UHGV virus genome: UHGV-0106768 | Strand: one strand, 5' to 3' | DNA from: a virus | Length of the DNA stretch: 44,108 nt | Shown: positions 28,562 through 35,466 of the stretch, piece after piece | Numbering within the stretch: the stretch's first letter is position 1 | Layout of the letters: each line of letters begins with the position of its first letter | Program-made: the position numbers and the translations under genes | Notes under the pieces: generated by a model | The model's database searches: none | The model's input: only the letters and a program-made list of their open reading frames with translations | Told to the model about the DNA's origin: nothing

Positions 28562-29506
28562 ATGACTGAGAAAACCGCACAGCAGATCAACAGAATGAAG
28601 GAGCAGACCATCGGGGTTGAGATCGAGATGAACAACATCACCCGCAAGGCTGCCGCAAAGCTCGCCGCCAACTTCTTCGGCACCAGCCGCACCGAGTACA
28701 CCGCACACCGCAACGGCTACGAAACCTACAGCGCATGGGATGCACAGGGCAGAGAGTGGAAATTCCAGAAGGACGTCAGCATCGCAGGCCCCGACAGCGA
28801 AAAGTGCGAACTGGTCACACCGATCCTGCACTACGCAGACATCGAAACCCTGCAGGAGCTTGTGAGAAGGCTCAGAAAGGCAGGAGCGCGCAGTGATTAC
28901 ACGCGGGGATGTGGAGTCCACTGCCACATTGGAGCCCAGGGACACACACCGCAGACCTTGAGAAACCTCGCAAACCTGATGGCAAGCCACGAAACCCTGA
29001 TCGCCGAGGCAATCAGAGTAGACCAGAGCAGAATGCGCCGCTACTGCAGAACAGTTGACCCGAGATTCCTTGAACAGCTCAACCGCAAAAAGCCCACCAC
29101 GATGGCACAGCTTGCGGACATCTGGTACGGCGCACAGGGCTGCGAATACGGCAGAACCCACCACTACAACGACAGCCGCTATCACATGCTCAACCTCCAC
29201 GCTACCTTCACCAAAGGCACGGTCGAGTTCAGACTTTTCCAGTTCGCACCGCCTTCCAACGGCAAGCAGAACGGGCTCCACGCAGGCAAGCTCAAGAGCT
29301 ACATTCAGCTCTGCCTCGCAATGAGCCAGATGGCAAAGGACCTGCGGAGCGCCAGCCCCAAGGAACAGCAGAAGGAAAACAAAAAGTTCGCCATGCGGAC
29401 TTGGCTGATGAGAATGGGATTCATCGGGGACGAATTCGCAACCGCAAGGGAAACCCTCACCGAGAACCTTACAGGCGACAACAGCTTCCGCTTCGGCAGA
29501 CCTTAA
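28562..29506 (+). CDS. Amidoligase_2-family enzyme (glutamine-synthetase-like amidoligase)
   Basis: N-terminal IGVEIEMN motif characteristic of the family; 314 aa. Confidence 0.65.
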   Translation: MTEKTAQQINRMKEQTIGVEIEMNNITRKAAAKLAANFFGTSRTEYTAHRNGYETYSAWDAQGREWKFQKDVSIAGPDSEKCELVTPILHYADIETLQELVRRLRKAGARSDYTRGCGVHCHIGAQGHTPQTLRNLANLMASHETLIAEAIRVDQSRMRRYCRTVDPRFLEQLNRKKPTTMAQLADIWYGAQGCEYGRTHHYNDSRYHMLNLHATFTKGTVEFRLFQFAPPSNGKQNGLHAGKLKSYIQLCLAMSQMAKDLRSASPKEQQKENKKFAMRTWLMRMGFIGDEFATARETLTENLTGDNSFRFGRP

Positions 29507-29709
29507 AGCCTGCCCTGCGGGGCGGAAGAACAAGCGGAACGTCACGGCGGCGCACACAGCACCCTCATCGCCACGTGTGGGGCGGAAGGGTATCCTCCGA
29601 ACACATACCCAACTCAGTCAACCGAGCCACACAGCGCAAATGTAGGCAAGGCATAAAATGCACAACATACGGCACAGAATCGCCCTCGATGATCTGTTCA
29701 TTTACTCGC

Positions 29710-29738
29710 TTGATAATGCCGCCGAAAAGAGTTAACAT
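29710..29738 (+). promoter_or_regulatory. promoter P3 (TTGATA-17-TAACAT)
   Basis: 17-bp spacing; upstream of ATG 29778. Confidence 0.6.
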
Positions 29739-29777
29739 GGCACTACCGCAAGGAAAAAACGCAAAGGAGAACATAGC

Positions 29778-30239
29778 ATGAACAAGAAAAAATACTACAT
29801 AGCCTACGGCAGCAACCTCAACATCCGCCAGATGCGGTTCCGCTGCCCAGGCGCAAAGCCCATCGGCATTTCCGCGATTCCTGACTACGAACTGCTCTTC
29901 AAGAGCAGCAAGACGGGAGCGTACCTCACCATCGAGCCGAAGGACGGCGGGCTTGTTCCGGTCGCCGTGTGGGAAGTGACAGCCGACGATGAGAAGCACC
30001 TCGACATCTACGAGGGCTACCCGAACTTCTACTACAAAAAAGAAGTACGCCTGCCGATCAAGCTGGCAAACGGCAAGACCAAAAAGGTCACGGCATTTGT
30101 CTACATCATGCACGAGGAGCGTGAGATTGCGATCCCGTCAATGACCTACATCCGCACCTGCGAGGAAGGCTACCGCAACTTCGGATTTGATGTGAAGTAC
30201 CTTGACAGGGCATACATGAGAAGCACAAAGGAGGACTGA
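29778..30239 (+). CDS. gamma-glutamyl cyclotransferase-like (AIG2/GGCT family) protein
   Basis: N-terminal YIAYGSNLN motif and EGYP motif. Confidence 0.65.
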   Translation: MNKKKYYIAYGSNLNIRQMRFRCPGAKPIGISAIPDYELLFKSSKTGAYLTIEPKDGGLVPVAVWEVTADDEKHLDIYEGYPNFYYKKEVRLPIKLANGKTKKVTAFVYIMHEEREIAIPSMTYIRTCEEGYRNFGFDVKYLDRAYMRSTKED

Positions 30240-30241
30240 AA

Positions 30242-30445
30242 ATGAAAGAACAGGTTTTTGAGAAGCGTACATGTCCGCAATGCGGACGCACCTACACCGA
30301 GCGTCCTGCCCTATCCCGCTACGACAACGACACGATCATCTGCCCGGACTGCGGCACGAGGGAGGCACTCGAAAGCATGGGCATCAGCATCGAGGAACAG
30401 GACAAGATCCTCGGCATCATCCACGAGAAGTACAACGGCGAATAA
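30242..30445 (+). CDS. small zinc-ribbon protein
   Basis: CPQCG...CPDCG; starts 3 nt after the GGCT stop (same operon). Confidence 0.55.
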   Translation: MKEQVFEKRTCPQCGRTYTERPALSRYDNDTIICPDCGTREALESMGISIEEQDKILGIIHEKYNGE

Positions 30446-30453
30446 GGCGACAT

Positions 30454-30475
30454 AAAGGGGCGTTACAGCCCCTTT
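30454..30475 (+). terminator. terminator hairpin (AAAGGGGC / GCCCCTTT)
   Basis: 8-bp GC-rich stem 9 nt after the stop; weak U-tract. Confidence 0.5.
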
Positions 30476-30517
30476 CCGCATTCTCAGGGATAACTTTATC
30501 CCCCACTTTCCGGGCGT

Positions 30518-30553
30518 GACACGGCGCGTTCTGGCGCAAACTGTGGGCTTGTG
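30518..30553. repeat. cassette boundary repeat, partial copy (i)
   Basis: Core GACACGGCGCGTTCTGGCGC...TGTGGGCTTG shared with copies at 32212, 33081, 34408. Confidence 0.5.
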
Positions 30554-30617
30554 TATATGTACCTGTTCAGCTTGCTGAAAACGGCGATTCTTCTACGATT
30601 TATTTTGCATATAGGCG

Positions 30618-30646
30618 TGGACATATCGCCGGGATCATGGTAATAT
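30618..30646 (+). promoter_or_regulatory. promoter P4 (TGGACA-17-TAATAT with extended -10 TG)
   Basis: Upstream of ATG 30705. Confidence 0.6.
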
Positions 30647-30704
30647 GCTACACAACGGCAGGGGCAGACAGCCCACCGGAATTCATAACATGGAGGATAC
30701 GAAC

Positions 30705-31175
30705 ATGAACGAAAGCTACTTTGAGGAGATGACCTTCCAGTGCGCCGCCTATGAACGCGCCAAAAAGGAGCGCGCCGAGCGCAAGGCTCAGATTGCCGAA
30801 GCCCACGGCTACGACAGCCCGGAGATGGACGCTTGGTACGCTGAGGAGAAGGCGGCGGGTCCTTACCCCTACAGCGGCGGTGAGATGAAAGCCTACTGGG
30901 TGTACAAGATGCGCCGCGAGAACGACGGTGACGAGTTCGAGATGAGCGATTACTGCTGGGACAAGGAATTCCACGATTTCATCGAAACGCTCCGCAAGCT
31001 AGGCATCACCGAGTTCACGATCACCAATCAGAGCACGGCGCTGATGGAGAACATCTACGGATTTATTGCAGAAGGCTGCACGATGGTCGGAACGCACACC
31101 ATCACCAAGAAGAGCCTGCGCTGGAGCGAGGAAGAATACGAAACGGCACAGGGCATCCTTTTCAAGGTGAACTGA
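30705..31175 (+). CDS. hypothetical protein
   Basis: ATG 30705 with GGAGGA RBS (in-frame ATG 30690 sits inside the RBS). Confidence 0.55.
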   Translation: MNESYFEEMTFQCAAYERAKKERAERKAQIAEAHGYDSPEMDAWYAEEKAAGPYPYSGGEMKAYWVYKMRRENDGDEFEMSDYCWDKEFHDFIETLRKLGITEFTITNQSTALMENIYGFIAEGCTMVGTHTITKKSLRWSEEEYETAQGILFKVN

Positions 31176-31183
31176 TATCGACA

Positions 31184-31220
31184 GGAGCAGGGCTTCGGCT
31201 CTGCTCCCCCTCCCCCTTTT
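31184..31220 (+). terminator. rho-independent terminator
   Basis: 10-bp stem GGAGCAGGGC / GCTCTGCTCC with TTCG loop, followed by CCCCCTCCCCCTTTTCC. Confidence 0.7.
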
Positions 31221-31293
31221 CCTCATGTGTAACTCCTACAATACGAAAGGCTGAGATCGGCGATTCTTCTACGTTTTATTTTGCACATAGGCG

Positions 31294-31322
31294 TGGACTT
31301 ATCAGCAGGATCATGGTAATAT
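31294..31322 (+). promoter_or_regulatory. promoter P5 (TGGACT-17-TAATAT, extended -10)
   Basis: Upstream of ATG 31378. Confidence 0.6.
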
Positions 31323-31377
31323 GTGACACAACGGAAGGGCAGAACGCCTACCGAAAAACGAAACGGAGGATAACACC

Positions 31378-31698
31378 ATGAACCCCTACACACTGAGAAA
31401 GAGCCTGAACCTGATTGATGCCAACACGGCGATCACCCGCGAGGACTTCGAGAGCCTCTTCTGCAAGACTGCAGAGCGTGTCACCTTTACCTTCAACGGT
31501 TGGGACGGCAAGAGCTATGATGGCGAGAGCCGCAGCGGTTACGTTTACCGCACCATCATCGAGGGCTACGAGAATGTGAGATTCGTTAAGGTCGGCAAGG
31601 GACTGCATTACATCGATGAGGACAGCAGCATTACCGAGAAGGCTACGGGCATCGCCCACAAGGAAGCAGAGTGGCTGGTCGATGTGAAGAGAGCATAA
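31378..31698 (+). CDS. hypothetical protein
   Basis: 106-aa ORF with ACGGAGGA RBS. Confidence 0.55.
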   Translation: MNPYTLRKSLNLIDANTAITREDFESLFCKTAERVTFTFNGWDGKSYDGESRSGYVYRTIIEGYENVRFVKVGKGLHYIDEDSSITEKATGIAHKEAEWLVDVKRA

Positions 31699-31763
31699 GC
31701 AAAACAGCGGAGCCCTTCCTGCGGGGAGGGCTTACCGCAGAAAAAACATGGAGGTTTACGAAC

Positions 31764-32147
31764 ATGAGTACGAATTCAAGAGTCGGAATCCTGCATCAGG
31801 ACGGCGCCACGGAGACAATCTACTGCCATTGGGACGGCTACCCCGAACACCAGATGCCCATCCTCACCGAGCATTATAACACCGCCGAGAAGGTCAAGGC
31901 ACTGCTTGCCCTTGGAGACATCAGCATCCTCGGCGAGCGCCTTGCTCCCGATGCGGATGAGCCGCACAGCTTTGAAAAGCCTGCCGATGGTGTGACGGTT
32001 GCTTACCACCGCGACCGCAAAGAGCCGATGCAGCCTGCGGTCACCCACAAGAGCGTTGTTTCCCTGATGAGCGATGACTGGGGCATTCCGTATTACTACC
32101 TTTTCGATGAGGAAAAAGGAGCATGGCTTCCGCCGACCGAGGACTGA
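31764..32147 (+). CDS. hypothetical protein
   Basis: ATG 31764; translation-initiation region AACATGGAGGTTTACGAACATG nearly identical to that of the 30705 gene. Confidence 0.55.
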   Translation: MSTNSRVGILHQDGATETIYCHWDGYPEHQMPILTEHYNTAEKVKALLALGDISILGERLAPDADEPHSFEKPADGVTVAYHRDRKEPMQPAVTHKSVVSLMSDDWGIPYYYLFDEEKGAWLPPTED

Positions 32148-32211
32148 TAGGTTCAGCCCTGCGGTGCTGACTTGCCCCACGTTGTCCTTTGTGCGGTTTT
32201 CCTGCGATAAG

Positions 32212-32269
32212 CTTGCCCCTGCGGAAAGCCGCCTCACACGGCGCGTTTGTGTGCCTCCTGTGGGCTTGG
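32212..32269. repeat. cassette boundary repeat, copy (ii)
   Basis: CTTGCCCCTGCGGAAAGCCGCCTCACACGGCGCGTTTGTGTGCCTCCTGTGGGCTTGG. Confidence 0.55.
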
Positions 32270-32327
32270 TGCTATGTATACAACAAATGGCGCAGATACG
32301 CCGATTTTGTTCTGAACATTTAGCCGC

Positions 32328-32356
32328 TTGCTATTCCGGAAAGATCATGGTAATAT
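32328..32356 (+). promoter_or_regulatory. promoter P6 (TTGCTA-17-TAATAT, extended -10)
   Basis: Upstream of ATG 32413. Confidence 0.6.
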
Positions 32357-32412
32357 GCTACACAACGGAAGGGCAAACGCCCACCGAATACAAAACACGG
32401 AGGTAAACCACC

Positions 32413-32778
32413 ATGACAAAGAAGGAAATGAAAGCCGCAGTTGACAAGCTGAAGATGCTGCAGAACGGCAAAGCCGCCCTTGAGGGAATGACCGAAGCGG
32501 ACTGCCTTGAGCTTTTCGGGATCAGCAGAGCGCAGGCACTTGCAAACACAAACGCCGCCCTTGCCAAAACCGAGCAGGAGATTTTCAGAGCCGAGCATCC
32601 GCTGACAGGCATCGACAAACAGCTCTTCGAGATCGCAGCAAAGCACCTGATCACGGTGCAGGAGCGCGGAGACCTTGAAGCCCGCCACTGCGACAGCGAG
32701 GACTTCATCGAGGTTTCGGTCTGGGGGCTGGAAGCCGCCCTCAAGGATGCCTACGAGGCAGGACGCAAGAGCAAGTAA
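32413..32778 (+). CDS. hypothetical protein
   Basis: 121-aa ORF with ACGGAGG RBS. Confidence 0.55.
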   Translation: MTKKEMKAAVDKLKMLQNGKAALEGMTEADCLELFGISRAQALANTNAALAKTEQEIFRAEHPLTGIDKQLFEIAAKHLITVQERGDLEARHCDSEDFIEVSVWGLEAALKDAYEAGRKSK

Positions 32779-32843
32779 CCAAACGGAACAGCGCAGCCCT
32801 TCCGCAGGGAGGAGGGGCTGCCAATCCCGAAGGAGGAAAGAAC

Positions 32844-33023
32844 ATGGATACATACGCACAGCTTGAAATGCTGACCGCAGTCATCGCAAACCTGTCGGCC
32901 ACGGGAACATGGACGGAGCGAGAAGTGATGGAAACGCTGCTGGATGTCTTTGAACCGAAGGAGCTTGAACAGCTCGGCTACGGCGACTGCGTGAACGCAT
33001 ACTTGGAAGAGTACGGCGGATAG
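32844..33023 (+). CDS. small hypothetical protein (59 aa)
   Basis: Below ORF-track cutoff; GAAGGAGGA RBS 7 nt upstream of ATG 32844; ends TAG 33021-33023. Confidence 0.4.
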   Translation: MDTYAQLEMLTAVIANLSATGTWTEREVMETLLDVFEPKELEQLGYGDCVNAYLEEYGG

Positions 33024-33080
33024 CGACGACACACGCACCACGTTGCCTCGTGTGGGGCGGTGCCGGGGAGATGCGTACAG

Positions 33081-33124
33081 CTTGCCCCTGCGAAAAGCCG
33101 CCTTACACGGCGCGTTCTGGCGCG
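33081..33124. repeat. cassette boundary repeat, copy (iii)
   Basis: CTTGCCCCTGCGAAAAGCCGCCTTACACGGCGCGTTCTGGCGCG. Confidence 0.55.
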
Positions 33125-33193
33125 TCCTATACGATGTACAATTCCGCCCGACTTCCCGCCTCATGTTTGTCACATTTATTTTGCAGACAGACG

Positions 33194-33222
33194 TGGACTT
33201 TTCTGCGAAAAGACGGTAATAT
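33194..33222 (+). promoter_or_regulatory. promoter P7 (TGGACT-17-TAATAT)
   Basis: Upstream of ATG 33270. Confidence 0.6.
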
Positions 33223-33269
33223 GTGACTACCGCAAGAGAAGCGGAATCAATCAAAAGGAGCGAATCTAC

Positions 33270-33623
33270 ATGAAAATTCTGGTATGCGAACCCGGCAAGC
33301 ACCCCTACGTCAAGGACATCGAGTCGGGGCTGGAGAACCTTCAGCACGAGGTGGACGGACTGATTCAGGCCCTCTACCCATTTTCCGAAGAGGCGGCTGT
33401 TGTGTGCAACGAAGAAGGGCTGTTCCGCGATGACCTCGAATGGAACAGAACGGTCGATCCCTATGGTCCGATCAAGGGAACATTCTTCATTTGTGGGCTC
33501 GGCTTTGAAGATTTTACAGGACTGACCGATGAACAGATCGAAAAGTACACTAAGCTCTTCTGGCCTCCTGAGCTTTTCATCCCGACACCGAACGGCATGG
33601 TGGTGCTTCACATTGTGGAATGA
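33270..33623 (+). CDS. DUF3846-like protein
   Basis: MKILVCEPGKHPYVKDIESGLENLQHEVDG...VVCNEEGLF pattern; AAAAGGAG RBS. Confidence 0.55.
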   Translation: MKILVCEPGKHPYVKDIESGLENLQHEVDGLIQALYPFSEEAAVVCNEEGLFRDDLEWNRTVDPYGPIKGTFFICGLGFEDFTGLTDEQIEKYTKLFWPPELFIPTPNGMVVLHIVE

Positions 33624-33631
33624 CCGCAACA

Positions 33632-33655
33632 GGGGCAGGGCTTCGGCTCTGCTCC
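33632..33655 (+). terminator. terminator-like hairpin (near-duplicate of the 31184 stem)
   Basis: GGGGCAGGGC / GCTCTGCTCC with TTCG loop, 9 nt after the stop; no clear U-tract. Confidence 0.45.
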
Positions 33656-33726
33656 GCACCATTCCCCGGTCATAATGTACACAACTGAACGCCGAAAAAT
33701 GCAGAAATGATCGTGATTACTCACGC

Positions 33727-33755
33727 TTGATAATGTAGGCAAGAAGAGTTATACT
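33727..33755 (+). promoter_or_regulatory. promoter P8 (TTGATA-17-TATACT)
   Basis: Upstream of ATG 33813. Confidence 0.6.
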
Positions 33756-33812
33756 GTGTACAACGGAAGGGCGGAAAGCCCAGCCGAAAACGAAAATGCG
33801 GAGGTACACACC

Positions 33813-33992
33813 ATGAAAACGAAGCAGGAACTGATCGAGAAGGCAAAGAAAGAGTGGGGCGAGACTTGGAACGAGGGCATGATCGAGTACGATGCCGAGT
33901 ACAACGAGTACATCGTCTGGGTAGGCAAGCCGGACATCTACAAAGCCTTCTTCGATGCCGACACCCTCAGATGCATTGGCACGAAGTGCTGA
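33813..33992 (+). CDS. small hypothetical protein (59 aa)
   Basis: ATG 33813 with GCGGAGG RBS. Confidence 0.45.
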   Translation: MKTKQELIEKAKKEWGETWNEGMIEYDAEYNEYIVWVGKPDIYKAFFDADTLRCIGTKC

Positions 33993-34047
33993 GAACAACC
34001 GCCGCCCTTCGGGGCGGCACAACACCAATACTAAGGAGGACATTTAC

Positions 34048-34321
34048 ATGAGCGAGAACACAGAAAAGCGCGATGCAGCCGAAGAACTAAGAACTTACCG
34101 ATGCACAGGCAGACCGCAACGATGACATCTACGAGGCAGCTTTTGAATTCTGCAAGGTGCTGACCGAGAACCCCGACCTCGAATGGGACATGGCGTTCCT
34201 CGGTGAGATCGCCGACCTTGCCGCTGGCATCATGACCGAGCAGGGACACAAGGTGCGGTTCCCCAGTGTGGTCACCGAGCAGGACGGCACGCAGTACATT
34301 GAAGAATACTACGGCGGCTGA
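34048..34321 (+). pseudogene. small gene disrupted by a 7-bp tandem duplication (frameshift)
   Basis: ATG 34048 with AAGGAGGA RBS; AAGAACT repeated in tandem at 34082-34095 shifts the frame; removing one copy gives a continuous ~89-aa ORF ending at TGA 34319-34321. Confidence 0.55.
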
Positions 34322-34407
34322 TCGGCAAAACGGAGCAGTCCTTCTGCGGAGGGGCTGTTCCACGCCACGTTCGCTTGTGTGGGGGGCTTACGGCTTTCTG
34401 CGGATAT

Positions 34408-34464
34408 CTTGCCCCGCGATAAAAGCCGCCCACACGGCGCATTTGTGTGCCTCCTGCGGCAAGG
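34408..34464. repeat. cassette boundary repeat, copy (iv)
   Basis: CTTGCCCCGCGATAAAAGCCGCCCACACGGCGCATTTGTGTGCCTCCTGCGGCAAGG; flanked by CTTGCC/GGCAAG inverted ends. Confidence 0.55.
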
Positions 34465-34522
34465 CATAATATGTACAACAACCGACAAAAAATCACCTTG
34501 CACATTCTGGTAGTTTAGCCGC

Positions 34523-34551
34523 TTGATATATCTGCCGAAAAGAGTTATAGT
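34523..34551 (+). promoter_or_regulatory. promoter P9 (TTGATA-17-TATAGT)
   Basis: Upstream of ATG 34608. Confidence 0.6.
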
Positions 34552-34607
34552 GTGTACAACGGAACGGGAAACCGAGCCGAAAACTACGAAAGAACGAGGT
34601 AAACACT

Positions 34608-34844
34608 ATGTGGCACGAAGGCACGATTCTGGCACCGACCAAGGAAGGCAAGACGGTGGTTCACTACTGGGCAAAGGTCTACGACGAGGGCAGCCAGTAC
34701 GGCATCAACGAGGGCAGAATCAGTAAACTGACACTCAAGGAGAATGGCAAGGTCATCTACAACTACGACAGAGGCGAGGATGTACCCGAGCAGAACGAGG
34801 CTGCGGAGATTGCCCTTGCGATCCTGATGTACGAGTACAAGTAA
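34608..34844 (+). CDS. hypothetical protein
   Basis: 78-aa ORF; last gene before the packaging module. Confidence 0.5.
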   Translation: MWHEGTILAPTKEGKTVVHYWAKVYDEGSQYGINEGRISKLTLKENGKVIYNYDRGEDVPEQNEAAEIALAILMYEYK

Positions 34845-34932
34845 ATAGAACGGTCGGTGGGCGGTAGCATTAAGCCGCCCATCCAAACCAAGACGGACAC
34901 ACATATAAATTCAAGGTGGATATACATAGGAG

Positions 34933-34962
34933 AGGCTTGCAGTTTTGCAGGCCTTTTCTTTA
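34933..34962 (+). terminator. terminator-like hairpin plus T-tract immediately upstream of terS
   Basis: AGGCTTGCA / TGCAGGCCT stem (one G-U pair), GTTT loop, then TTTTCTTT; only ~25 nt before the terS start. Confidence 0.4.
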
Positions 34963-34992
34963 TGCACATTTTTATTGGAAGGAGTGATGCGG

Positions 34993-35466
34993 ATGGCTCA
35001 GAGAGGCAGAAAACCAACGCCTACGGCGATCAAAGAGCTGGAAGGCAATCCGGGCAAGCGTCCGCTGAATGATGCAGAGCCGAAGCCGGAACGCAAGGCA
35101 CCGCCCTGTCCGAAGTGGCTGGAGCCCGAAGCAAAAAAGGAATGGCGCAGGCTGTCAAAGCAACTGGAGCAGATTGGTGTGCTGACCGAGGTCGATCAGG
35201 CGGCATTCGCATCCTACTGTCAGGCATACGCACGATGGAAAGAAGCCGAGGAATTCATGACCCAGCACGGCACGATCGTAAAAACAAAATCAGGTTACTG
35301 GCAGCAGGTTCCGCAGGTATCCATTGCGCAAACTTATCTGAAGATCATGAACAAGATCGCAGAGCAGTTTGGCCTGACCCCGGCGGCAAGAAGCCGTATC
35401 ACTGCCGGCGCAGATATGAAAAACGCTGCCGTTGACGATATGGATGAACTTCTCGGAGGTGGCTGA
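34993..35466 (+). CDS. terminase small subunit (P27 family)
   Basis: GRKPTPTAIKELEGNPGKRPLN...AFASYCQAYARWKEAEEF...FGLTPAARSRI pattern; GGAAGGAG RBS; in-frame ATG also at 34987. Confidence 0.75.
   Translation: MAQRGRKPTPTAIKELEGNPGKRPLNDAEPKPERKAPPCPKWLEPEAKKEWRRLSKQLEQIGVLTEVDQAAFASYCQAYARWKEAEEFMTQHGTIVKTKSGYWQQVPQVSIAQTYLKIMNKIAEQFGLTPAARSRITAGADMKNAAVDDMDELLGGG

Noticed and set aside
26880-34850. CRISPR array or integron cassette array
   Set aside because: The repeats are not short regular direct repeats with uniform spacers, and every cassette has its own promoter and RBS-led gene; no integrase or cas genes in the window.
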